A stretch of 64,000 bases of DNA. Source: Malacoraja senta. Lineage: Eukaryota. The stretch covers positions 125,736,001 to 125,800,000 of the forward strand of contig CM075977.1 of assembly GCA_038087875.1 (NCBI GenBank), read 5' to 3'. The position numbers were made by a program, and so were the translations under genes. The notes below the pieces were generated by a model, which made no database searches, was not told the origin of the DNA, and saw only the letters and a list, made by a program, of their open reading frames with translations. Positions 38,651-50,950 of this stretch are shown here, in pieces. Numbering within the stretch: position 1 is the stretch's first letter; each line of letters starts with the position of its first letter.

Positions 38651-38911
38651 CTGGGGGTGGTGATCCTGGCTGCGGATGAGGCGCAGGTCTGTGTGCATGC
38701 CGCGGCACAGCTATCGAGAGTGTTTTTCGCTTGTGACCCATGACCTGGGCATGCGCAGTTGGAATGCCGAACTCGCTTATTGAAATTTATCTCCTCATGT
38801 CTTCATATGTAGTACATGGAGAAAGCTGTAAGTGCTTATACTTTGCCTTTGTAAGTAAGAGTTTGAATAAAGCTAAGTATACATTATACCAGTTGTCAGA
38901 AATATATCTAA

Positions 38912-40127
38912 CTAGACTAAGTGGGACCCGTTGGGTCCCAGTCACACGGGAGGCCTGGTCCCCCATCGCAACCCATTCCCCAACGCAATATTCCACCACT
39001 CACCCGTTCCACCAACGCAACCCGTTCCCCCAATGCATTATTCCACCACTAACCCATAGCCCCTAACTGCGCAGGCGCGGCTGACTGGTTCCCGTTGTGA
39101 TGCCCCTGATCCCCCCTCCTCCTCTCACCCCCCCACTCCGCCTCTTGCACTCCCCGCCCCCCACATGCACTCACTCCATCCCCCCTCAACCCACCCCCCC
39201 ATCCACTTAGCGGCTCTCCGGCGGTGCAGCCATTCCTGCTCATTGGGTTCTCATTGTGACATAGAACACGTAGGTATTACTGCGCAGGCTCAACTGACGG
39301 GTGTGGGGGAGGGGGGCTGGGAAGCGTGTGGGATGAGGGTGTGGGGTAGGGGAGGGGGATGTGTGGGGCAGGGGAGGGGGTATGTGGGGAGGGGTGTGTG
39401 TGTGGGGGACAGGGTATGGGGTGTGTGGGGGAGGGAGGGGGGGTGTGGGGGAGGGGATTGTGTGGGGGAGGAGGGGTTAGGGAAGAGGGGTGTGTGGGGG
39501 AGGGGGTTGTGGGGGAGGGGGGATGTGGGCGGGGGGCGGAGGGGTGTGGGCAGGGGGTTTGTGGGGGCGGGTGGGGCGAGAGCTCGGAGAAAATACGGGG
39601 GTTGTGGGTCGTATCACGGGGGAGGGGTGCAGGAGCCAGCGAGGGGGAACAGAGGGGAAGGGGCTGGAGCGGACTCACAGCGGTTGCTGGACCGCTGGTC
39701 GTTCTCCTCCGCCGAGATCAGATTCTCCGCTTTCCGTTTGGCAACATTTCCCGGGCTGGTCCGTTTCCAGTCCCTCTGAAAATTGTGTCCGGTTGGAAAC
39801 CTCCACCGGCCAGCCACTGCTCCAGTAAAGACGTGATGGCGAAGGAAGGGGCAGACCGTCTCGCGGAGTGACAGGGGAAAAGACCAATCCATGCGGCGCT
39901 GAACGGCAGGAGAGCAGATCGATCTGCGCACGCGCGGTTGATAAGAATTTTAAACCTCGCTGAAGTTTACATTAGACCACCGATCGGAACGGAACTTGGT
40001 GCAATCGCAGCGCAGGACAACGGTGAGTAAGCTGGCAAAAAATCGTAGTGGTGTCGCGTAATGTTTTTGCGCAAATAGAATGACTGCGCAACCGGAAGAT
40101 ATGATCAGAACTTTAGTTATGTATAGA
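38912..40127 (-). mobile_element. Non-autonomous Helitron
   Basis: Minus strand starts TCTATACATAAC and ends with hairpin GGGACCC-AAC-GGGTCCC, 7 nt, CTAG; inserted between A and T; no TSD. Confidence 0.85.
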
Positions 40128-40989
40128 TGGTAGTGTGAACCTGGCACAGCAATGTCAAGATAGAGAGGAAAGTAAGATGTCAGGAGAACATAAGGATGCT
40201 ACAAAGGGAAGTAGATATATTAAGTAAGAGGGCAAAGATCTAGCAAATGGAATATGAGAAAATACAAAATAGCTAATTTTGACAGGAACATTTTTCTTAA
40301 ACAAAATAAAATGGTGAGAGAGAAGGATCTAGATGTTCTATTGCTTGATTCTCACGACATGTGCAGGGGAAGCAACTAGTTTGGAAAGCAGACAGAAGAT
40401 GCATTATTGATGGTGCTGCAATGCTGGGAACCTGGTATGTGTCTGTGTCCTTCCTGTCATTATGCATTGCTGTGCTGGGCACCTGTTTGTGGGCTTCACA
40501 CACTGTTGATGCTCCCACACCAATGAAATAGTAATGGTGATCTCATCACTGGCTTGATGTGGCCTGGGAGAGCTAGTGATGTGTGGCTGGGACAAGTGAT
40601 GTTGCTGCTCAGCATTGAGGAAAGATTATATATGGAACTTTTAGGTATAATGAGCTGTATTGTGTGTCAGAAGCAAGGTTTAAGAATAATATTTTGTATT
40701 TACCCTCATTTTTGGTGAAAAATAAAAATGCTGGAATCATTCGGTTAAGCAACATTCGTGGAAAGGGAAACTGGGAACATTTTAGATCCCATCATCAGTA
40801 AACTGGTGCTATTAAATTGCACAGGGAGGGAAAGGGATGCATTGGGCAAGCAGAATATCTCTGAGAGAGTGAAGCAAATCTTTAGTGTGCATTCTTAGTG
40901 GTTGTGTGCTTGTGTTCCAAGACAACGTTAAGATGCAAAATAAATTGTAATAGCACTGGAAGGAATTAGCAGGAGGCCAATTATAGTGG

Positions 40990-43350
40990 AACTGTGATAT
41001 GAAGGTAAAAATAAACTGCTGGAAGAATCAGTTTTTCAGATTGGAGGCCTGTGATCGTGGTGTGCCGCGTGATCTCCTGTTGTGTGTCATATATATTAAT
41101 GATTTGGATTACAATGTGGGTGGCATGATTAATACATTTGTAGATCATTCCAATAGTGGTGGCAATGTGCACAGTAAGGAATGTTGCCTATGGTTACAAA
41201 AGGATATTGATTAACCTGGGCTAAAGAATGGCAGATAGAATTTAACTCTGACATGTGCAAGATGTTCCATTTTGTGTAATTAAACCACGGCAGGGCATGC
41301 ACAGTGAATGGCAGGGCCTTGGGAAGTGTTGTTGAACAGAGACACCTCTGGGTACAAGTACATAGTTCCTTAATGTGGCAACACGGGTAAATATGGTAGT
41401 GAAGACGTTGTATAACATGCTTACTTTCATTGGCTGTTGCACTGGGTACAAGTGTTTGTACAGAATCATTGGTTAGACTGATGGAGAGGTTAATGTATGT
41501 GGTGACACTGGTGGGCTCAAGTCTGTTTATTTCAATGAGTGGATAAACCTGGATGAGTGCATGGAACTATGATGTTATGACCATCACAGAGACTTGGAAG
41601 TGAAAGGGGCAAGATGGGCAGCTTAACCTTCCAGAGTTTTGATGTTTTAGGAAGGTAAAGGAGGTGGAGGAATTCAATTATTAATCAGAGAATGTCACAG
41701 TGGCACTTGGAAGGCATACTGGAAGATTCATTCACTGAGGCAATATAGGTAGAGATCAAATATAAGAAAGATACAAATACTCAAATGGGATTATAAATGA
41801 TTATAGTCAGCGGGAGATTTGTCCGTTGAAGTGATCTGGGTAGAGCTTAGAAATAAGAAAGGTGCAAGCACTCCAATGGCATTGTACGATAGCCGCCACC
41901 CCTCCCCCATCCCCCCCCCCCCCCCGCCCCCCAATAGCAAGCTGAAGAGCAGATTGCATGCAGAGCATGGTAGGCTGCTCTGGATGGTTAGATCGTACGG
42001 GATCCAAGGAGAGAGAGCTCAATGGTTAGAAAATTGGCTTCATGGAAGGAAGCAGAGGATGATGGTGGAAGGTTGCTTCTCGGACTGGAGGCCTGTGACT
42101 AGTGGTGTGCCTCAGGGTTAGGTGCTGGACTCGTTACTGTTTGTCATCTACATCAATGATTTGGATGAAAGCACACATGGCAAGATTAGCAAGTTTGCAA
42201 ATGATACAAAAGTGGGTGGTTTTGCAGATAGTGAAGATGGTTACAAAAAAAAAAGCAGTATCTTGATCGATTGGCCAGGTGGGCTGAGGAATGGTTGGTG
42301 GAATTTAATAGAGAAATGTGAAGTGTCACATTTTGGGAAGTCTAACATGGGCAGGACCTGCTCAGCAAATGGTAGGGCTCAAGGGAGTGTTGTAGAGCAG
42401 AGGGATGCAGGAGTGCAGGCGCATGGTTCCTTGAAGGTAGAGTTGCAGGTAGATCGGTTGGTCAAAAAGGCTTTTGGCACATTGGCCTTCATCAGTCAGA
42501 GCATTAAGTACAGAAGTTGGGAGGTCATGTTGCAGTTGTATAAGACATTGGTGAGGCTGTATTTAAAGTATTGTGTTCAGTTCCGGGCACCATGCTATAG
42601 GAAAGATGTTGTCAAACTGGAAAGGGTACAGAGAAGATTTAAAAGGTTGGTGCCAGGACTAGAGGGTCTGAGCTATAGGAAGTGGTTGAGTAGGCTGGGA
42701 CTCTATTCCTTGGAGTGCAGGAGGATGAGGGGTAATCTTATAGAGGTGTATAAAATCATGAGAGAAATAGTTCAGGTCGACACACAGTCTCTTGCCCAGA
42801 GTAGGTGAATCAAGTACCAGAGGAGACCAGTTTAAGGTGAAGGGGAAAAGATTTAATAGGAATCTGAAGGGGTAACTTGTTTACACAAAGGGTGGTGAAT
42901 GTATGGAACAAACTGCCAGAAGAGGTAGTTGAGGCAGGGACTATACCAACATTTAAGAAACAGTTAGACAGGTACATGGATAGGACAGGTTTGGAGGGAT
43001 ATGGACCAAACGTGGGCACGTGGGGCTTGTGTAGCTGAGACATGTTGGCCCGTGTGGACAAGTTGGACTAAAGGGCCTGTTTCCACACTATCACTCCATA
43101 ACTCTATGACTCTGTCACCCAAAGACTCAACAGGATTGTCATAGTAGGTGACTTTAACTTCCCCAATATTGTCTGGAATTTTCTCATTACAAAAAGCTTA
43201 GACGGGGCAGAATTTGTGCAGTGTATCTGATATGTATCTGAGACAGTTCAACTTGCAGAGGGGCTATTTTTGTCCTTGTATTGGGAAAGGAGCCTGGCCA
43301 GATGACTGGCGTTTAAGTGGAAGGGCATTTTGGGAATTGTGGGCACAACT
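40990..43350 (+). mobile_element. Cluster of old CR1 fragments; best preserved copy ~41960-43113 with (ACTCTATG)n-like tail
   Basis: SGVPQG, KFANDTK and KYCVQF motifs; eroded EN pieces on both sides. Confidence 0.85.
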
Positions 43351-43671
43351 GATCATGGGCAGCACGATGGCACAGCGATGGAGTTGCTGCTTTACAGCGC
43401 CAGATACCCAGCTTCAATTCTTACTACAGGTGCTGACAGATGTCAGTAAGTGGTGCACTGTAAAACATGTTATATTTCTCTATCATAGATTGTGTTGTTT
43501 GTAATAGCCAAAATTTAACAGCTCTACGATTGCTCATTTACACAACTTGTTCAGTTCTTTCGGAAAATAATTTTGTTGGCCTTTTAAAAAAATTCTCATT
43601 AAAACTTCAAGTCTGCAGCGTTTTTTATAAACTCAAAATTTTGCATGCTACTGCAATTGGATAACATTTGC

Positions 43672-43756
43672 CAATGGGTTGTCTCAAGAAATTTCTCATA
43701 CCTTTCTTAATTTTAACATTGACTGGGTATGAGAAATTTCTTGAGACAACCCATTG
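43672..43756. repeat. Perfect 31-bp inverted repeat with 23-nt spacer
   Basis: CAATGGGTTGTCTCAAGAAATTTCTCATACC and its exact reverse complement. Confidence 0.95.
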
Positions 43757-45714
43757 TTTTTCTCAGCTTTTGGGTCGTGGTGCAATGCTTTGCCCAAAGC
43801 TGTGTCTAAACTGAATTTAGTGTTACTTGTGAGAGAGGTCATGTGCCAGGATGCACACGATTCAGTCAATCAGCTCTGTTTAAATATTTTGGTAATTTTA
43901 ATTATTTGAAGAAGAACTTTCTGTTTGTTATAAAATGACTGTAAAAATATCCATAGAAAAAAATCCCTACAGATTTTTGCCTTATCAGCAGTTTGTGTTG
44001 GATAAACTTGAGAAGGTAGATTTTGTCCATTGCTTTTTCTTGTTAGTGAATTTTTACACTATTATTTCAGAACAACTGTCCTCCTGAATACACATTCAGC
44101 CCTCTGATTTGATTTTTTAACATTTCTGCCAAACATATGGTTAACATTCTAGGGCGATAGTGGATCAGAGAATTTCTGTTTCTGTCATCACTCCTGCTCC
44201 TCTCCCCAACCCACCAAGTAAGTGCATTGCTGGTAAATTGGTTATGTGTTAAAAAAAATTGCAAAATCCTAGAATTACATTTTTTGGTCTGTCCCTAGAG
44301 TAGCTAACCCCTAATCACTGCCTTAATATCAGTTCAATTCCAGATATTTGATCTTGTTTGTGGCTGTAGGTTATCAAAGGATTGATATAGATGCTAACAA
44401 TCTTAAACAAAATAAGAAACACTGCATCATATGCTTTTTTGTGGTTCTCTAAAATTTTGTTTTGCACTGCTCCTGTGATGAACCTTGGGATGCTTCACTG
44501 TTAATATACTTATAATTATTTTGATTTGTCATTCCATATTTGTACCTTCCTCTGGTAACAACACTGTAGCATTATTACTGGCAGAAGTTGACATTACAAT
44601 CTACACTACAAATATAAAACTAAGCACAGCATGTATCACTTTTAAAATGGTAATGGTTCAGTTAATCCCAAATTCTAACTTACTTCACCTAATTATAAGT
44701 ACTCGCCTGCTTACGAATGCCCGATGTATGTTTGGGAGACCGACGAGACTGCTGGCATCTTCCACATTATTCCACAATGTTCACATTTCTGACTTGTAAA
44801 CTACGCTAACACCACGGATAATTAACATTCAAAACATTGTGCACTTCTGCACTTTCTGTCCAAAAAGCTAACGGCATTACTCAAAAATGAATCCAGTTGG
44901 CAGTTATGTCAATATTGTGGAACAACACTTAGAATAATCAGTTTTTATATCAGCAATTCTCATCAATAATGCACTGATATATACTTCTATGCCTGGTAGG
45001 TTAATGTGTTCCAGTTTATCAGCCATGTTTCATAATTTAAAAAAAAACAGTTCAGAGGATACCATAGAATTTATAGATGGCTCATTTGTCTACATGCTGT
45101 CAGCTCAAGATATACAATAGTTCAAGGTCGATGCTTCTGTATCTTCACAGGGCAAATAGTACCAGTCAGTGTATGTGGTTCTCGCCAATGAAAACAAACA
45201 TAAAAAGGAAAGCTTTTTTAATTTAAACGGTGAACCATAGAGCTATACATATAATGTACTATTAGTTATTAGTTACCATTAGTTATTAGTTAGATCTGTT
45301 GATTAAGTCAATTAAAATTGAAGTTTTACTTATGTTCTTCGATTAAAATCCACAATAATGGTATAATCTGATTCTGAGCAAGTGGAAGCTCCATATCCAG
45401 AATTTTAAAATCCTTTCTGACTTTAAATATAATAAAGGCTTGTCGACGTTATTTGCGTGATGAAAAATTGTATGCTATATTTGTAAATTATTTGGGAAAA
45501 TTTGCTCAAACGTTCGTTAACATGTCTGGTTTAAAATTGTTTGAAGTATTTTCATCCTTGTCTCAAACAAGAGGGTTTAAGATACAAGGTAGGAGATTCA
45601 GAAGAGATATGTGGGAGAATTATTTTCACCCACTGGGTTGGCTGCAATCCTGAACAGAGAGAGGGTGGTGGAAGAGGCTTGCACCATTTCAGCTGTGTTT
45701 AGAAGAGCACCTAA

Positions 45715-48429
45715 AACCCCTGTCTCACGGTGCGAGCTGACCCACGAGGTACCCCGAGCTTAAAACAAATTTAACTCGTGGTAATCACGTACGATTAACG
45801 TAGCGGGAACGTCGGAACTCGTGGACGCAACTTAGCGACTCTTGGCGCTAACGGCAGGTACCCGTGACACTTGTTAACTCTTGGAAAAATTCAAACATGT
45901 TTAAACTTTTCCACGAGTAAAATGTACTGCTGAAGTTAAAAATTGAAACATTTAAACTCTTTGTAAGAACGTAGTGGCCCGTGAGTTTACCTTAGTGTCT
46001 CGTGAGTCTACCGTGGGCACTCTTTAACTCAGCGGGCAGGCAGCATCTCTGGAGAGAAAGAATGGGTGACGGGATGACTTTTCCAAATTTCTGCTGCGTC
46101 TTTGTGCTCCATCTGCTGCAACTTTAAACTGACATATGACAATCTTAACTCTTCACATTTTACAGGATTGGATGCGAAATCAGTGATATTTTCAAGCAAA
46201 ACATCCAACAGCGCTTTGTCAGGTTGCATGCGCCTGACTTCACCAGTTTGACTGCCTTTACTGTCTGTTTCAGGGCAGCCTCTGAAGCAACTCACTCTTA
46301 CAGTTTGCTCTCCTACGCAACGAGCTTTTCCGACAACGAACTGCTGATTTGGGAAGAATCTAAAACACAACTCTGGCTGTATTTAGGAAATTTTGTAACA
46401 GAGTTTTACATCCCAGACATGAATTCTTTACTGAGACACATCTGTGTGACCTGGGAGTCTCAAGGGGGTGAGATAACAGTCTGGGTCAATGGGAGACGCA
46501 GTGTACGGAAGGTTGGTGATAAGGGTCAGGTTGTGAAAGGGTCTGGTCAGTTTATTCTAGGTCAGGAACAAGACTCAGTCGGTGGAGGTTTTGACGCCAG
46601 TCAGTCGTTTGTCGGAGAGATAACTGTTGTTCACCTGTGGGATCATGTTCTCCAACCCAATGACATAGAGATGATCAGTCAAAGTTGTTTCAGTAAAGGA
46701 GGGAATATAATTGACTGGAGATTAACAATGTTTACATCACGAGGGAACGTAAGAATTAAAGATAATAATGATTGCATGTTTTGACTTTTGTGGAGAGGAA
46801 AATCCAATGTTCTCAAACGGCACTTGTTGAATATGACCTTGCTTTGCGATCTTTCCTCTCTAAACCAGATCAGCAGAAGTAGTGGTGTCGATTCCAGAAT
46901 AAAGGGCTGTTTACGTCGGGGTAAGGGACAACTCGCTGTCCTTCCTGTTTCTCATCACCTTCACTGACAGGGTAATGGCTTCAAACTCAGTACACTAGAG
47001 TCTCGGCCATTCTCCGTCACACATTGAGAGAGGGACGGGGAGTGGGGAACCTTGGTGGATGTCTACAGGGATCAGCAGGATGTAAACTCCAGGGCACTGC
47101 CCCACACACTGACCCTTGACTGAAGCCCAGGGACTGCTCAGAACAGACAAGTCCACCCTCTTTAACCTGACAACATTCACTGACAGTCCCGGGTCCAATG
47201 ATATGGGCTCCACCACGGTTGGGAGTCTCTCCCTGCTGCAGCCTTCTTCCGCCTCAGCAGCCGGTCAAACACCATCCTCAGCCTGTTCCACTGAGGTCAT
47301 CTTCTTGGGCCGCCCTTTGTCTGGGACCTCCCCCTCGACCTTCCTGCCATGAGGCCAGCTTACAGGATCAAGGCACACACATATGTCTCCACTACAAGGT
47401 GGCGACCCTCAGAGATGTCCCAGCCTCACAAACAACTCAACACAATAAATAATGTAAAGCAGCCTGGGGCAAGATGGTTTGCCCATGATATAAATTTTAA
47501 ACGTCATCCCGTCACCCATTCCTTCTCTCCAGAGATGCTGCCTGCCTGCTGAGTGACCATACTGACGGAATTCCCACGTATATGAAGCAGAGAGAAACGT
47601 GAGTTCTACACGGCTCTGCCCGACTTTTGAGAATGGATTCGGTGGTTTGTACCCACTCCCCCTCCCTGCTCACCCACCCACCCACCAAGCCAGCCAGCCG
47701 GACCCCTCCTTGTTACAGCGGCGGAAGCGACATTTCCAAGAGAATGGGGCAGAGAGCTGGGGCAGCGCTGGGATGGGAGCAGGGCAGATGAGGCGCACCA
47801 AAGGAACAAACAAGTTGTTGGCTGCAAGGGGCAGGCGGCAGAGGTCTTGTGCCCCAGCGAGGTAGACCGCTCTTCCCCCTGCAAATGCACACACAGAAAG
47901 AGAGAGATGAGAGCAGAGAATGATCCCAGCCTAGCTCTGGCACTGGACGGTGCGCATTTTCCCTTTGTAGGTCATATCAATAGACGCGGCCACGCTGAAT
48001 TCTACCTTTAAAAAGCCGCAGGATAGAGCTGTCTTCTTTAACACTTGCTTCGCCGCCACCGCCTCCTTGTTGCACAATGGCAGCAAGTGCGGGGCCGAAA
48101 TCTTGCCTAGTTTTTTTAAGTTCTGAAATTGAATAACTTTCAATACTGAATCAGAATATACTTACTGTATGAGATGCTGTCCATCTCCTCTATTTGATAC
48201 TTAAAACAGGCCTTCATTCACGGTTGGCTCAAGAGTAACTCGCGAGAGGAACTTGGTAACTCGGGAGAGGAACTTGGAACATCGCAGAAATGAGAAGTAA
48301 ACGGCAAACTTAGACATACCCGTGGGAACTCAGTTAAACTCTTGATCATAAACTTGGAGTCTCGTACACAACCACAAGTCTTTCACTCGGGGTCACTCGT
48401 GGGTCAATTCGCACCGTGAGACAGGGCTT
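45715..48429. mobile_element. Non-autonomous PIF/Harbinger-type element containing a pentraxin exon cassette
   Basis: TIR AA(C/G)CCCTGTCTCACGGTGCGA..TGACCCACGAG; TAA TSD (45712-45714, 48430-48432); flanks rejoin into an old CR1-like 3' end (gagcaccTAAgtctccaaggcatagaaggctac). Confidence 0.88.
46166..46784 (+). pseudogene. Short pentraxin (CRP/SAP-like) terminal exon, 2-bp frameshift at 46213-46214, no signal-peptide exon nearby
   Basis: Acceptor ttcacattttacAG; GLDAKSVIFSSKTSNS/FVRL..AFTVCFR; signature HICVTWES; ILGQEQDSVGGGFDASQSFVGEI; stop at 46784; AATAAA at 46898-46903. Confidence 0.88.
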
Positions 48430-48919
48430 TAAGTCTCCAAGGCATAGAAGGCTACAGGTTACATAGAAGAGTAGGAGGAGGTGTGGAAAGGAGCTGAATG
48501 GTGAGATGGAGGTTTGCGTGTAGCCCTTGCTCTGGCAATGGAGGCGGAAGACAGACGGGTTGGTTTGGGAAAGGGAATTGAAGTGCCTGAAAACTGGGAG
48601 TTCCAACTGGTCATAGGATAATTACCTGCTTTGCTGAATGCTTGCACTCTGTCTGCCTGGGCCAGCTGAAGCTCCCCATTGTTAGCTACTTCAATTCCCC
48701 TTCCCATTCCCATACTAACCTGTCTGTCTTTTTGCTCAAGACTCCAGTATCTGCAATCTCTTGTGTCTTCAGTTATATTCATGTTAGCTCTTTCTCCTTT
48801 TATGTATGTTGCCTGACCTATGTGTTTAGAGCAATTTCTGTCTTTAATACAGATTTTCAGCATCTGGGTTTCTTTGACTTTCCTTTGCTCTTTGATAAAG
48901 CTGCTTTCTCTTTCACCAG

Positions 48920-49033
48920 CTACATTTAGCAGCTCTGGCATCATTAAAGACGGACATAGTTGATCTCAATAAAAGACTCCAGCATACAGAACGAGAGAGG
49001 GACTTGTTAGAAAAAAAGCTGGCTAAATCCCAG
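48920..49033 (+). CDS. MCC: MCC internal exon LHLAALASLKTDIVDLNKRLQHTERERDLLEKKLAKSQ
   Basis: ttctctttcaccAG acceptor and CAG|gtaagc donor; 114 nt, phase 0-0; matches recalled human LHSAALASLKGDIVELNKRLQQTERERDLLEKKLAKAQ. Confidence 0.95.
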
Positions 49034-49260
49034 GTAAGCTCAAAGCAAAATTGAGTTGCTATTAATAATTAACAGTGCAAACTATTCAGTAAGCTATCTG
49101 CCAATAATGCATATAAAATGTGAAAATATTTAGCTGGAGACACAAACTGTAGATGCTGGAATCTTGAGCAAAACTAAGTGGTGGAGGAACTCAGCAGGGG
49201 CAAATTCTGGCAAGTGATAGGTGGATATAGGTGAGAGGGATTTGCAGTTGGATGGAGTAA

Positions 49261-49591
49261 AACCCCTGTCCCACGGTACGAGTTAATTCCAAGAGTTCTC
49301 CCGAGTTTGCCCTGATTCGAACTCGGAGATTTACGGTAATGGCTGCTCGTAGGTACTCGGGGCTCTCGTGGACATTTTTGAACATGTTGAAAAATCTTTA
49401 CAAGTCTTCCCGTGCTTACCTGCCGTCAGCGAGTCTTCCCAAGTACCTACCGTTAGCGTTACGAGCCGCTAAGAGACGTCCCCGAGCTCCGACGTACCCG
49501 CTACGTTCATTCTCCGTGCTTACCACGAGTTTGATTTTTTTTTAAACTCAGGAGAGCTCTTGGAATGAACTCGTACCGTGGGACAGGGCTT
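49261..49591. mobile_element. PIF/Harbinger-type MITE inserted in an old Penelope-derived repeat (~49135-50040)
   Basis: TIR AA(C/G)CCCTGTCCCACGGTACGAG; TAA TSD. Confidence 0.88.
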
Positions 49592-50304
49592 TAAGCGACA
49601 AAGGCTCGAGGTCAAAAGGAGACAAAAGGGTGTAGTTCAAGAGAGGAGGAATGAAATGTAAAGCCAGAGAGGAATGTGGGTGGATGAAAAGAGGAGGGAG
49701 GGGAAAGTAGCGATAAGAGGAAATTGGGGGGTCTTGGGAATGGGAAATGAATATGCAAAGGAGCAGCATAATGTAGGGGGTGGGAAGATGGTGATAGAAA
49801 TGGAAGTGGGGTGGGGTTTGGGAGCACAGGAAAGAAAGAGAGGATGGGGCATATTGCTTGAAATTGGAGATTTCAATGTTCATACCATTGTGTTGTGAGC
49901 TATCCAAGCAGAATATGAAGTGCTGTTCTGCCAGTTTGCGTGTGGCCTCACTCTGGGAATGGAGGCGGCCAAGAACAGAAAGGTTGGTATGAGAAGGGGA
50001 GTTACAATGGTTCTCAACCTGGAGATCCAACAGGCCTTGGCTGTTTGGTGCAATTAATATTATGAAATATGATTATGGAAATGAAAATTGTTGCAAATTC
50101 CATAGAGTATATATTGTCTTAATGAAATAAAGCAGTGATTTTTAATTTCAAAACCTTTTTATGTAATGAAGGGTATTCATCAAGTATCTCATAAAGGTGG
50201 ACAAAATGGAACCTGTGGCATATTGGTTTGGAATGGGCAATATATGATTTCTTAAAGCTAACTTGCTTTCTCTTTCGCATTTCTGACAATCTTCATCCTC
50301 AATT

Positions 50305-50612
50305 GGGGTAGCACAGTGGTGCAGTGGTAGAGTTGCTGGTTTACAGTGGCAGAAACCCACGTTCGATCCTGACTATGAGTGCTGTCTGTATGGAGTTTGC
50401 ACGTTCTCCCTGTGACCAAGTGGGCTTTCTCTGGATGCTCCAGTTTCCTCCCACATTCCAAAGACGTGCAGGTTTGTAGGTTAATTGCTTTCCGTTAAAA
50501 ATAATTGTTCCTAGAATGTCGGATAGTGTTAGTGTACAGGTGATTGCTGGTTGGCACGGACTCGGTCAGCAGAAGAGCCTGTTTCCATCTCTTATCTTTA
50601 AACTAAACTAAA
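50305..50612 (+). mobile_element. tRNA-derived SINE with (CTAAA)n tail
   Basis: A and B boxes; family similarity. Confidence 0.85.
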
Positions 50613-50950
50613 TACGTTTTAAATGGAGATTTCCCACGAGAACCAAGTTTGATCACTTAAATAAATTGAAAGGCATTTCACTGTCAGTGTGCAGCTGGTG
50701 TTCGATTTCACGCTGTACATCATGTAGATGAATGTTGATATTCCTGACAGAAGCAATTATGTAATTTTGCAGTAGTCTGCTGTGCCACCTTTATTTGGCC
50801 GACCTTAACAAATCAAAGATGGCTCCTTGACCTGGAATCTGTGCACTCATGATCTACAATGGAAAAAGTTAGGGTTACATTATATCATGCTTTTTGGCTT
50901 TATTATGTCCATGATCATTACGATAAAGCTGGCGGTTTCATGTCCTAGTC

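Noticed and set aside
39165-39871. Gly-rich and Pro-rich ORFs
   Set aside because: Low-complexity G/C tracts inside a Helitron.
46224-46784. Pentraxin as a functional nested gene or MCC-pentraxin fusion
   Set aside because: The ORF-track start is a TTG inside the exon, no signal exon was found, there is a 2-bp frameshift, and a splice from MCC gives an early stop. It is not excluded if the frameshift is an error and a distant first exon exists.
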